This document shows positions 19,482-28,954 of a DNA stretch of 64,000 nucleotides, piece by piece. Location: positions 16,083 through 80,082 of the IMG/VR virus record IMGVR_UViG_3300046516_001541; one strand, written 5' to 3'. The number at the start of each line of letters is the position of its first letter. Positions within the stretch are counted from its first letter, which is position 1. A program made the translations under genes and the position numbers. The stretch is from a virus. Below the pieces are notes generated by a model that searched no databases, was not told where the DNA came from, and saw nothing but the letters and a program-made list of their open reading frames with translations.

Positions 19482-22400
19482 GCGAAAAAGCCGTTCTATT
19501 CGCGATGCCGACCCACGTCAAAGGGTCGGTCGACAAGCATGGGCACGTCCGCGCTGGCCACATGTCCACGCGGCACAAGAAGATCGAGACGGCTCCCCCA
19601 GCGGAGCGCGTCGAGTCGACGCTGGATAAATTCATCGTCTCGCACGGCGGCGCGGAGCATTTGCGCAAGACTCTGGACGAGATGACGGCGGAACAGCGCG
19701 CGAAACTCATCGATGCGATGGCCTACGTCGGCGGCATCGAACATTCGGCAGTGCTCGACAAGCTCAGTATGCGCAAACCCGCAGCCGAGGACCGCCAAAA
19801 GCTCGTCGATCGCCTGGGCCGCGGCGTGGCCGGCGGTTTCATCGACGAGCAGGACAGCGGCGTCGTGCTCGAGACGTATGACAAGGAGGGTTCCCAGGTT
19901 GCGCTCAATACGCTGCGCGGCATTCTCAAACAGAAGAAGGAAGCCGCGACCCAAGCGCTCCCCGCCGAACCCGTTACCGCAACAGTGGCCGCGGCGGAAG
20001 CGCCTGGGACATCAGAGGACGATCAGACCGCAGATGAAACAGTCGCACCAGCATCAATTCCAGTATTGAATCGCCTGAGAGACGATCCGGATTTGCGCGG
20101 CGGACTCGCGGGCATGAAGAATGAGACCGGCTGGGCCCAAGTCGGCGGCAAACTCATGCGCGATGCGGCGACGGATGCCGTCACGGGACGCACGATGTGG
20201 ATCCCCAATGCCGAATGGTGGCCGGGGCGACCGAAGGGGCTCAAAGAGCACGAGGTGCACGCGGCGGTTGATAAGGCGCTTGCGGGGCAGAAGCTCAAAA
20301 AGCGCGAACTGGCCATGGTCACTTTCATGGCGCAGGTCCACGACGAGCGCCTGGCGATGGAGGCCACGCATGCCGAACTGAAGGAAGCCGTCTCGGATCT
20401 GGCCGAGCAACCGGCGCAGGCAGTTGACATAACAATTCTGACCAGTCGCGCGGGCGACCACGATCCGGATGCAACTGCGGCAGTGCTGGATTCCTGGGAC
20501 GATGACAAACCGGAAACCATTACTCGTATTCGAGGCGAACTTGAGAGGATAATCGGGAATGGACAAAAAACCCTCAACGTTGAAGCCGACAGTGGTGGAA
20601 AACCTGCGAAAGTTGAACCTACATCGCCGGGTGCGCTCGACCTCTTCGGCCAAGACACGACCGCCGAACAAGCGCTAGCCGACGAGACTCGGCGCCGCGA
20701 CGAAGCGCGATCGCCGAATAAGGACGTTCCGCTCGAGACGGGCGATCCCGGTGATTTGTTCAGTCAGGCGCGTCGTCAGGTAGACATTGGCGACGCCGCT
20801 GCCGGTCCACAGGAAGGCGCAACCAAAACCGAGAACGGGATCGATTACGTGTTGCGTGATGGCCGCTGGCATCGCGTGGCCGGCGCCGCAGATGAAGCCG
20901 AACCGCCGCCGCCAGAACCATCCGCGCAGGCGGCAGTCCTGACGCCATCCGATGGCGACGATCTGGATCCTAACAGTCCAAACTATCGATATCGGGACAC
21001 CGGCTATGTCGGCGGCAGCCGCAAGGAACTGGCATCTCAGATGATTCGGCGCGCGGCCCGCACGGGGCAGCATGTCAGCGCGACTGATATCGACTGGGAT
21101 GAAATCGAAAAGAATCCGCGCGAGGCAGCCGAACTCATCACGAAGAAGAACATTTTCGGCGATATCGATTGGACCGCGATGAGCCAAACCGAGATGGCGC
21201 CAGGGGCAGGCTTCATACTGCAGAAGGTTTACGCCAGCGTTGCGCCGGATCCGAAGGAAGATACCGCACTCGGCCGGCGCGATTATGCGGTGGGGATCGA
21301 CTCCCTGCGCAAGCGCCTCGAGGCGTGCAAGTCGGTCGACGAGGTCGCGAAGACGCTTGACGAAATTCAGGATGAGCGCGACGGCATCATTCTGACATCA
21401 GAGGAAGAGGCAACGTATCTTGCCTATCGAGCCGCAGCCAAGGAGGAACAGGAGAAGGTTCGCGCGGTCGATGCGGCAGCGGATGCGCTTTATCAGACAT
21501 ATATGACCGCACAGACATCAGCTTCGAGGTTGAAGTTTGACGTCGAGAAGCGTGTCATTCGGAAATGGAAGGTCTCGCCGGAAATGCAACAGCAGGCTGA
21601 CGATGCCAAGGCTGAGGCAGCGGCGAAGATGGATACTTGGCGCAAGTATCGAGATGAGCAGGGAATGCAGGCGATCACGCATCAAACAAAAGAAAACGGG
21701 AGCATTTCATCTCGCTTTGAGTATCCCTACAAAAACAAACTGCATGATCTGCACGCGCGAATTGGCGCTCTACGCACGGCGACACAGGAACGCAACCGCG
21801 TAGAGAATCCGCTGACGCGAGCATGGAATGCGCTGGGCGACTCATTTAATGCGGTCGTCGACTATCGCCGGCACAAAGGATCCGAGGCGTTCGCGCGGCA
21901 TCTGGCCACGGCGAAGGCTGGTCGCGTCAAAGATTGGGCGTGGGCGGAAAAGAAAGCAGGGGGCGAGCCGCGCAAGGCCTCCAAGCGCTCTACCTCATTC
22001 CAACTTCGAGTTGCGGATAACTTCGAGCGTGAGGGTGGCCGAGCCGTCGCGGTAGATTCGACGTCGTCCCTGAAAGAGCATTTCGGGCTACGCGAGGTGC
22101 AGTCCGGCAACTGGGTACTCGATGATCCAAACTCGGCAAAATTTCATGTTGAGCATTGCGCGAATGCGTTCGCTGACATGGCGGATATCCTGGGCATCCC
22201 AGATCAACAGGCGTCATTCAATGGACGTCTGGCGATGGCGTTCGGGGCCCGGGGCCGAGGGAAGGCAGGCGGTACAGTGGCTGCGGCCCATTACGAACCC
22301 GTTGAGCGCGTCATCAATCTCACGAAGATGGCCGGCGGCGGCAGCCTGGCGCATGAGTGGTTTCACTTCGTCGACAACATCGTCAAGGAGGCGACGACCG

Positions 22401-23101
22401 GTGTCGGCTCCAGCGTCGATGATTTTGCGACCGAGAATGCGGGCACGCTCGATGATCCGGATTTGAAAGCAGCTTTCGTCGGGCTGACTACGGCAATGAT
22501 GGAGGGCCCACACCGCCGAACAGTCACGATGCAGTACACCGAGACTGAAGAGAAAATGGCCCATCAGAATATGCAGGGTCACTACGCAGGCAGCATTCGA
22601 GACAAAATCCGCAGCGCTACTGGCGTGCAGAATGCGATTGATCAGGTGCAGGCCATGTACGCGCGCGGTGCATTCGGCAGCGTAGACAAGAAGAAGTCAC
22701 AGAACACCCGCGATACGTGGAAGAAAATCGCCGCTATCCACCATGCCGGCAATGCCCAACGGGAAATCCGGTACGAGGTCGGCGCGGGGGTATCCATGTT
22801 TGCGCTCGAAGCTGTGCAACTCGACCAAGGCGCCTCGGGCAAATACTGGTCACAGCCCAAGGAGATGGCCGCGCGCGCGTTCAGCAGCTTCATGCAGGAC
22901 AAACTCGAAGGGGCCCAGCGTCGGAATACCTATCTGGTTTCCATGGCGGATAACCAAGTCTATAAAGCCATGGGCGAACCTCATCGGCCTTTCCCGGAAG
23001 GAGAGGAACGCAGCAGGGTCAATGCCGCTTTCGAGAGGCTGTTCACAGTTTTGCGTGAGCGGGACGTTCTCGCCAAAGCGCTTGAGCTGCTCGCCGCCTA
23101 G
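19478..23101 (+). CDS. Large polyvalent protein: zincin-like metallopeptidase plus LPD1-type C-terminal domain; probable internal head/ejection protein
   Basis: LAMAFGARG..AAAHYEP..VINLTK..GGGSLAHEWFH (HExxH); YWSQPKEMAARAF...PFPEGEERSRVNAAF. Confidence 0.8.
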   Translation: MSEKAVLFAMPTHVKGSVDKHGHVRAGHMSTRHKKIETAPPAERVESTLDKFIVSHGGAEHLRKTLDEMTAEQRAKLIDAMAYVGGIEHSAVLDKLSMRKPAAEDRQKLVDRLGRGVAGGFIDEQDSGVVLETYDKEGSQVALNTLRGILKQKKEAATQALPAEPVTATVAAAEAPGTSEDDQTADETVAPASIPVLNRLRDDPDLRGGLAGMKNETGWAQVGGKLMRDAATDAVTGRTMWIPNAEWWPGRPKGLKEHEVHAAVDKALAGQKLKKRELAMVTFMAQVHDERLAMEATHAELKEAVSDLAEQPAQAVDITILTSRAGDHDPDATAAVLDSWDDDKPETITRIRGELERIIGNGQKTLNVEADSGGKPAKVEPTSPGALDLFGQDTTAEQALADETRRRDEARSPNKDVPLETGDPGDLFSQARRQVDIGDAAAGPQEGATKTENGIDYVLRDGRWHRVAGAADEAEPPPPEPSAQAAVLTPSDGDDLDPNSPNYRYRDTGYVGGSRKELASQMIRRAARTGQHVSATDIDWDEIEKNPREAAELITKKNIFGDIDWTAMSQTEMAPGAGFILQKVYASVAPDPKEDTALGRRDYAVGIDSLRKRLEACKSVDEVAKTLDEIQDERDGIILTSEEEATYLAYRAAAKEEQEKVRAVDAAADALYQTYMTAQTSASRLKFDVEKRVIRKWKVSPEMQQQADDAKAEAAAKMDTWRKYRDEQGMQAITHQTKENGSISSRFEYPYKNKLHDLHARIGALRTATQERNRVENPLTRAWNALGDSFNAVVDYRRHKGSEAFARHLATAKAGRVKDWAWAEKKAGGEPRKASKRSTSFQLRVADNFEREGGRAVAVDSTSSLKEHFGLREVQSGNWVLDDPNSAKFHVEHCANAFADMADILGIPDQQASFNGRLAMAFGARGRGKAGGTVAAAHYEPVERVINLTKMAGGGSLAHEWFHFVDNIVKEATTGVGSSVDDFATENAGTLDDPDLKAAFVGLTTAMMEGPHRRTVTMQYTETEEKMAHQNMQGHYAGSIRDKIRSATGVQNAIDQVQAMYARGAFGSVDKKKSQNTRDTWKKIAAIHHAGNAQREIRYEVGAGVSMFALEAVQLDQGASGKYWSQPKEMAARAFSSFMQDKLEGAQRRNTYLVSMADNQVYKAMGEPHRPFPEGEERSRVNAAFERLFTVLRERDVLAKALELLAA

Positions 23102-23128
23102 ATACTCAAATTCGATTCACCCTCCTGG

Positions 23129-23155
23129 GGCCGTTGCTCTTTCCAATCAACGGCC
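23129..23155 (+). terminator. Possible hairpin or terminator after the LPD1 gene
   Basis: GGCCGTTG-N11-CAACGGCC inverted repeat; weak U-tract. Confidence 0.35.
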
Positions 23156-23172
23156 TATTCCGATGTTTCGGT

Positions 23173-23195
23173 GTCGTGACGGTAGCCTGCTCAGC
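23173..23195 (+). promoter_or_regulatory. Putative late promoter motif, copy 3 (protease-scaffold-capsid)
   Basis: GTCGTGAC-gg-TAGCCT-gctcagc-ATG23196. Confidence 0.75.
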
Positions 23196-24095
23196 ATGGA
23201 CGGCGGCACTTTGCAGGCGGCGGGTAGCGATTTCATTTCGCTCTCGGGCATCTTTTGCAAGGCGATGCCGGCCGAAGAAGCCGGCGCGCGCATGTTGTAT
23301 CTCGAAGCCTCCAACGAGACGAAAGATCACCAGAATGAGCGAATCCTGCAGTCAGCGTTGGCCGACAGTAAGGATTTCTACCTGCGCCACGGCAATATCG
23401 ACATTTCGCATTTCACGATGATCGGGCTGAAACACAACATCCCGAATCATATGGAATACGAGATTGGCAAGCCGCGCGAGGTGGGCTTTCACACCGGCAA
23501 GACATTCGTCAAGGCCGAACTGTATCAGGGCGCCAACGGTGGCACGTCAGCCCAGGCGCGCAACGCGGATATGGTCTGGGACTCCCTGACCAAGCAGCGC
23601 CCGCCGATGTCGTGGTTCCCGTCTGTCGGCGGCGGCATTTTGGACCGCGGGCCGGCTATCGACCCTGAGACGAAAACCAAGGTCATGGTCGTGAAGAAAG
23701 TGCGATGGGTCAATATTGGCCTGGACCGCACTCCGGTCAACATGACGGTCCCAGAAGCGTCGCTGACGCCGATCGGGACGTTCATGAAAAGCCTAGGCGC
23801 GATCGGCACGTTCGCGAAGACGCTGACGGCCGGCTACGGTACGGATTCGGCGCAACTATCCGGGGGCGCCGCGTTGCGCAAGCAATCGCTCCTCGGCGCG
23901 CCGGTCAACTATTTTGATTTTCGTGATCGGCTCGCCAAACATTTGATAGCGGGCCGTGACCAGAATTTGGGCTCACATGAGTTGATCGACCATTCGATCA
24001 ATGTGCTGCAGCTCGATCCCGCCAGCGCCAATCAATGGGTTGGGCGGTTCATGCGTGATCTCAATACCAGTCTGACCAATCGGAGTTTGTCATGA
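23196..24095 (+). CDS. Prohead (capsid maturation) protease
   Basis: Lies before the scaffold and MCP; EASNE..D..NE.I, GNIDISH, IGKP, PSVGG motifs; start reassigned to in-frame ATG23196. Confidence 0.75.
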   Translation: MDGGTLQAAGSDFISLSGIFCKAMPAEEAGARMLYLEASNETKDHQNERILQSALADSKDFYLRHGNIDISHFTMIGLKHNIPNHMEYEIGKPREVGFHTGKTFVKAELYQGANGGTSAQARNADMVWDSLTKQRPPMSWFPSVGGGILDRGPAIDPETKTKVMVVKKVRWVNIGLDRTPVNMTVPEASLTPIGTFMKSLGAIGTFAKTLTAGYGTDSAQLSGGAALRKQSLLGAPVNYFDFRDRLAKHLIAGRDQNLGSHELIDHSINVLQLDPASANQWVGRFMRDLNTSLTNRSLS

Positions 24096-24793
24096 GCAAA
24101 GTAGCTGCCGCAGTGGCTTCCGCCCTGGCTGTTGTCGCCAGTCCTTTCGACACGTTGCTCGGGGAACTCGACACGATGGCGAAGGCATTTCCGCCGAAAA
24201 CTGACGCCGATGGCGATAAGGACGGCGACAAAAAGAAGTGCAAGCATGGCGTGGAGGGCTGCGAGAAGGAAGGCGATCACGAGCACGAAATGAAAAAGTC
24301 GTTCTCGATCACGCTGGCTGACGGCTCCGTGGTGGAAGTCGAAGATGGCGCCGCGATGCTGAAGGCGTTGTCGGATCGGTTCGATGCGTCCGAGGAAAAG
24401 GTGATTGGAACGCTGACATCCGCTGTCGCCATCATCGGCAGTCAGGGCGCGCTGGTGAAGTCGCTGAGTGAGCAGCTGGCGACCCATGAAACGACCATTG
24501 GCGCACAGGCCACGATGATCAAGTCGCTGCAGACGGACCTCGGCAAGCTCGCCTCGACCGGCGCGGGCCGCAAGGCTGTATTGACCGTGGCCGAACGCCG
24601 CACCGATACCGCGACAGCGGCGGTTGCAAAAAATGGCATGCCAGAAGGCGTGACGACCGAGCAGTTTTTCGCCAAGGCATTTGAGAAACAGGGCATGGGT
24701 AAGTTGACCGGCGCCGATATCTCGCTGGCCGAGACGTGCCTCAATAACGGTCACGCCATTCCCGACAATCTCGTCAGTCGCGTGCTGTCCTAA
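24092..24793 (+). CDS. Capsid scaffolding protein
   Basis: Between protease and MCP; helical, with six [LMF]xK[AS] putative cleavage motifs. Confidence 0.7.
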   Translation: MSKVAAAVASALAVVASPFDTLLGELDTMAKAFPPKTDADGDKDGDKKKCKHGVEGCEKEGDHEHEMKKSFSITLADGSVVEVEDGAAMLKALSDRFDASEEKVIGTLTSAVAIIGSQGALVKSLSEQLATHETTIGAQATMIKSLQTDLGKLASTGAGRKAVLTVAERRTDTATAAVAKNGMPEGVTTEQFFAKAFEKQGMGKLTGADISLAETCLNNGHAIPDNLVSRVLS

Positions 24794-24855
24794 CGGCGCG
24801 CGCCTCCTAACTTCAGCAGCAACGTCACACTCAAAAATCCCAGAGGAACACTGAA

Positions 24856-26331
24856 ATGTTCAATCCGACAATTTTCCCCCAACTTGCCAATGGCGCTTCC
24901 GCCACAGGGGCACTGGGGCTCGATCAGGTGGCCGAGCTGCAGAAGGCGTTGACCGTAGGCTACGGCACGGACGTCTCGACGCTGTCCGGCGGCGCGGCTT
25001 TCCGGATCCAGTCGCTGGATCGGACCATGATGGCCACGATTCAGGAGAACAAGCACTTTCGCCTGTTCAACGAGCTCGCCAAGCAGCCGGCGACCGCGAC
25101 CGTCGACGAATGGACGGAGCAGTCGAGTGTCGGCGGATTCCTGGGCGGTTCGACCAACTCGGAAACCGGCACCATCGCTGCGGCGCAGGGTGTCTACAAT
25201 CGGCGCGTCGGTCTGGTCAAGTACCTGATGACTCGCCGCGAGGTATCGTTCGTTTCCACGCTGGGCAACAACATTGTTCAGTCCGAGGCGATCGAGCAGC
25301 AGGCCGGCGCCAAGCAGCTGATTTCGGATGCGGAATTCCTGTCATTTTTCGGTGATTCGGCCGTGGTTCCGACCGAATTCGACGGCATCTTTGCCCAGCT
25401 TCAGGCGGGCGTGACGGCCGGTCAGGTGGATCCGCAGAACATCATCGACGCGGCGGGCGGCACGCTCTCCTCGATCAACTTCGTCAATCAGGCGGCGGCC
25501 CAGGTGAGTGGATACGGCAACTTTGGCCAGCCCACTCATATCTTCACGTCGCAGCTCGTGCAGGCAGACTTCGATACCGGCCTGGATCCGGCGTTCCGTG
25601 TGCCTCTGACGGACGTGCCAGGCGGCGGCATTCAGCTGGGTTCGCCGGTCAAGGGTATCCGCACTTCCTGGGGCGACATCCGGACCGAGCCGGACGTGTT
25701 CATTCAGGATGAGAAAAACCTCCGTCCGTTCGAAGCGGACTTCCCGACGATCGCCGCGGCGAATGCTGCGCTGGCACCGACACTGGCGGTCGATGCGTCC
25801 GTGACGGATGCATCCTCAAATTTCCTGGCCGCGACGGCAGGGAACTACTATTGGGGCGTGACCGGCCTCAATGCGGCGGGCCAGTCGACCATCGTAAAGA
25901 CGGCACAGACCGCAGTAGCGGCGGGCAAGAAGGTGACTCTCACCATCACACGCTCGGGTGGCGCGCAGGAAACGGGCTACGCGATCTATCGCTCGCGCCT
26001 CAATGGCACGAATGGCACGACCGATTTCCGGCTCATCAAGCGGATTCCGCTGGTCGGCGCGACGACTCCCTATGTCGATTTCAACGTCGATCTCCCGGGC
26101 ACGACCAAGGCATTCATCCTGAATCTGATGCCTGGCGATTCGGCGATCACATGGCGGCAACTGTTGCCCATGCTGAAATTCCCGCTGTACCCGACCGTTG
26201 CTGCGACCATTCCGTGGGCGCAGTTGATGTTCGGTTATCTGCGGCTCAGCAAGCGCAAGCACCACGCGATCATCAAAAACATCGTTCCGACGAATTCCGT
26301 CTGGAAGCCATATGGTCTGATCGCGACCTGA
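24856..26331 (+). CDS. Major capsid protein
   Basis: 491 aa; LQKALTVGYGTD..LSGGAAFRIQSLD, FFGDSAVVPTEFDGI, IIDAAG resemble SPO1/A511/K-type capsids; GAGG SD. Confidence 0.9.
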   Translation: MFNPTIFPQLANGASATGALGLDQVAELQKALTVGYGTDVSTLSGGAAFRIQSLDRTMMATIQENKHFRLFNELAKQPATATVDEWTEQSSVGGFLGGSTNSETGTIAAAQGVYNRRVGLVKYLMTRREVSFVSTLGNNIVQSEAIEQQAGAKQLISDAEFLSFFGDSAVVPTEFDGIFAQLQAGVTAGQVDPQNIIDAAGGTLSSINFVNQAAAQVSGYGNFGQPTHIFTSQLVQADFDTGLDPAFRVPLTDVPGGGIQLGSPVKGIRTSWGDIRTEPDVFIQDEKNLRPFEADFPTIAAANAALAPTLAVDASVTDASSNFLAATAGNYYWGVTGLNAAGQSTIVKTAQTAVAAGKKVTLTITRSGGAQETGYAIYRSRLNGTNGTTDFRLIKRIPLVGATTPYVDFNVDLPGTTKAFILNLMPGDSAITWRQLLPMLKFPLYPTVAATIPWAQLMFGYLRLSKRKHHAIIKNIVPTNSVWKPYGLIAT

Positions 26332-26351
26332 GAGCGGGCTGGCTCAAAAAT

Positions 26352-26382
26352 GATGGGCATCCTAGAATGGGTGCCCATCTTC
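26352..26382 (+). terminator. Hairpin or terminator after the MCP
   Basis: GATGGGCATCC-tagaat-GGGTGCCCATC inverted repeat. Confidence 0.55.
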
Positions 26383-26398
26383 TGCGGAGAATCTCGCC

Positions 26399-26863
26399 AT
26401 GGCGAAAGTTATTTGCACGCTGCCGAACGCCTCGACGGAAATCAATGGCGTCAAGTTTGTGAGCCACAAACTCGGCATGATCTCCGAAGACGTCGACGAT
26501 GAGGTTGCCACCGGATTCGCGACGATTCAGGGGTATCACCACTACGACCCGAAGACGAAGGGTATCATCGCTCCTGCCGGACCTGCGACAGCGGAAACCG
26601 CCGGCGCGGGTAGCGCTGGAGCCGAGCTCGGCATTTCGCCGCTGCTACCCACTCCTGAGTCACTGGCCGCTGCAGCTGCGGCGTTCACTCCTGTGGCGCG
26701 CGGACAATTGATTGATCTGTTGGTCGCGCAGCAGAAGGCGAAGCCGGCTGCGCCCGCGTCCCCGCCAAAACTCGATCCCAAGGTTCCGCCAGCTACTACA
26801 GGCGCCGGAGCCAAAACCGCTCCTGCAGCCGGCACAGGCGGCGCACCGAATCCCACGTTCTAA
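26399..26863 (+). CDS. Hypothetical virion-associated protein with Ala/Pro-rich tail
   Basis: GGAG SD; immediately after the MCP. Confidence 0.65.
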   Translation: MAKVICTLPNASTEINGVKFVSHKLGMISEDVDDEVATGFATIQGYHHYDPKTKGIIAPAGPATAETAGAGSAGAELGISPLLPTPESLAAAAAAFTPVARGQLIDLLVAQQKAKPAAPASPPKLDPKVPPATTGAGAKTAPAAGTGGAPNPTF

Positions 26864-26881
26864 CTTTCTGGAGTACTGATC

Positions 26882-27112
26882 ATGGCGCGCGACCTCATTC
26901 ATGAACTGGATCACATGGAGCCTGCCGCATTCCATGTGAAATTGGGTGTAATGCTCCAGAAGATCATCACGAACCAGAACACCATTCTGGCCAAGTTGGA
27001 TGGCATTGGCGCAGCAGCCAACATTGCGGCGGTCAATGCGGCGGCGGGCACAACCAATGTTGCGACACTGGCGCAGCCGGACCTGATCGCACTGGGATTG
27101 ACTGCCGGCTGA
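26882..27112 (+). CDS. Small hypothetical virion protein
   Basis: GGAG SD; 76 aa. Confidence 0.6.
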   Translation: MARDLIHELDHMEPAAFHVKLGVMLQKIITNQNTILAKLDGIGAAANIAAVNAAAGTTNVATLAQPDLIALGLTAG

Positions 27113-27192
27113 TCTCGCGCACTGACATGCGACCCGGGCCCGCCGCCGAATCAAAACCGGTCGGTGGGCCTTTCCATTTCTGAGCGAGTGAT

Positions 27193-28308
27193 ATGACTGC
27201 AACCATCATCATTGGGCAGGCCGAAAGTCTATCCGCGACTGTCTCGGTCAATGGCACGGCGGTTGCGATCGATACCGCTGCCTCAGTGAGCGCCAGTCTC
27301 GTGTCCATTGATGGGCGCACGGTACTGCTCAGCGTTCGCGCGTGCAACCATACGGCAGCTGGCGCCAATTGGCCTACAGGCATTGTGGTGACTGCTTTCA
27401 CTGCACTCGAGACGGCTACTCTGACGGCCGGACCGCCGGATGCCATGCTCGTGCTGCAGGGCCCGGGTTTCGTCAAGCGCTTCCGGGTGCATGTCGAAGA
27501 TCTGGCCGACGTCCCGCGCTCACTCCTGTTCGTGCGCGACATCATCATCGATGAGTTGCGCCAGGATCAGCTCATTCTGATGGCTCAGACCTTTTTCCCT
27601 GGTCTGACGCTGACGGATGATTTTCTGTGGTCGACGGTCCAGGCGGCCGAATCCGAAGTCGCGCGCACTCTGCGCGTGCCTCTGGTGCCAACGCAATTTT
27701 TCGCCAATCCGCCGACGAGCGATCAAATCGCCGCAGTGCCCGTGGGCATGCCGTATGCGGTGGATGCGGCCTATGATTATGAGCCGGACTTTTTCACAGG
27801 CGAGAAATGGGGTTTTCTCGTACTGCGCAAAAAGCCGCTGATCAGCGTGAGCTTGATCCGCTTCGTCTATCCGGCTCCGACCATCGGCTTTTATGACATC
27901 CCGGCTGACTGGCTGCGCATCGACCGGAAGTATGCGCATATTCGATTTGTGCCGGCGAGCTCGCCGTTCGTGGCACCGCTCAATGCGTTCATCTTGCAGG
28001 CGCTCGGCGGTGGCCGCACGATCCCGTTTGCGATCGAATGTACCTACATCGCAGGCATCACGGATCCGTGGGGCACCTATCCGGAACTGATCGACGCCAT
28101 CAAGAAAACGGCCATCCTCAAAATCATCGAGAACGGCTTTTTGCCGCAGTCTGGATCAATCAGTGCAGACGGTCTCTCGCAGTCGATGTCGATCGACATG
28201 AAGGCATACCGGGACGGCATCAACAATATTCTGAACGGGCCGCCTGGCGCGAATGGCGGTCTCATGACGGCGATTCATGGGATCCGAACGTCTGCGCTAG
28301 GCAACTGA
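27193..28308 (+). CDS. Head-tail adaptor (neck) protein with extra N-terminal beta domain
   Basis: Position; AAESEVARTL, KKPLISV, TYIAG and SISADGLSQSMS motifs. Confidence 0.7.
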   Translation: MTATIIIGQAESLSATVSVNGTAVAIDTAASVSASLVSIDGRTVLLSVRACNHTAAGANWPTGIVVTAFTALETATLTAGPPDAMLVLQGPGFVKRFRVHVEDLADVPRSLLFVRDIIIDELRQDQLILMAQTFFPGLTLTDDFLWSTVQAAESEVARTLRVPLVPTQFFANPPTSDQIAAVPVGMPYAVDAAYDYEPDFFTGEKWGFLVLRKKPLISVSLIRFVYPAPTIGFYDIPADWLRIDRKYAHIRFVPASSPFVAPLNAFILQALGGGRTIPFAIECTYIAGITDPWGTYPELIDAIKKTAILKIIENGFLPQSGSISADGLSQSMSIDMKAYRDGINNILNGPPGANGGLMTAIHGIRTSALGN

Positions 28309-28309
28309 C

Positions 28310-28954
28310 ATGCGTCTGAATCCTGCGGCCTTCAACGCTTTTCTCTCGGGCAACATTGGCCAGAACATGAACTGGCGCAAAGGAAATGCCTGCCCGTGTT
28401 TCAATCCTCAGAGTGGCGCGGCCATTCCCGGACATCCTCTGTGTGCCGGTAAAGGCTGGATTTGGGATGCGCCGATCGCCGCGAAAGCAGGCATGACGCA
28501 GCAAAAAGTGAGTCGTGAATGGGCCCAGATGGGGCAATGGGAAGCGGGCGATGCGATTCTGACAATTCCCTCTGATTCTACAATGTACGAGCAAGCTGGC
28601 CGGTTTGATCGTATCGAATTGTTGAATTCGACCGATGTGTTCAAACTCATGCTGAAACGTGGATCCAACGACCGCATTTTGCTACCGGTCGTCAAATTCA
28701 TCCGGGTTTTCTGGTTGGATCCAAACGACAATCAGACCATGATCGATGGTGGATTGCCTGTGATCGATGTCAGTGGGAATCTGACATGGCCCAACAATGA
28801 CGGACCTCCCACTGGCTTGCAATACAGTATTTCCGGTATCCGCTATACCGACTACTTCATCTGGTACAACCTGCCCAGCGACCGCAATGAGCATTTCGGC
28901 GCGGCGCTGCCGAAAAAATTGCTGATGCGCAGGTTCGATCTATTCGGGCGCTAG
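28310..28954 (+). CDS. Head closure/neck protein
   Basis: W.K..ACPC...CAGKGW Cys motif typical of neck proteins of SPO1-like myoviruses. Confidence 0.65.
   Translation: MRLNPAAFNAFLSGNIGQNMNWRKGNACPCFNPQSGAAIPGHPLCAGKGWIWDAPIAAKAGMTQQKVSREWAQMGQWEAGDAILTIPSDSTMYEQAGRFDRIELLNSTDVFKLMLKRGSNDRILLPVVKFIRVFWLDPNDNQTMIDGGLPVIDVSGNLTWPNNDGPPTGLQYSISGIRYTDYFIWYNLPSDRNEHFGAALPKKLLMRRFDLFGR

Noticed and set aside
22743-23195. N-terminal extension of the 450-aa protease ORF
   Set aside because: It overlaps the LPD1 gene in another frame; the promoter motif points to ATG23196
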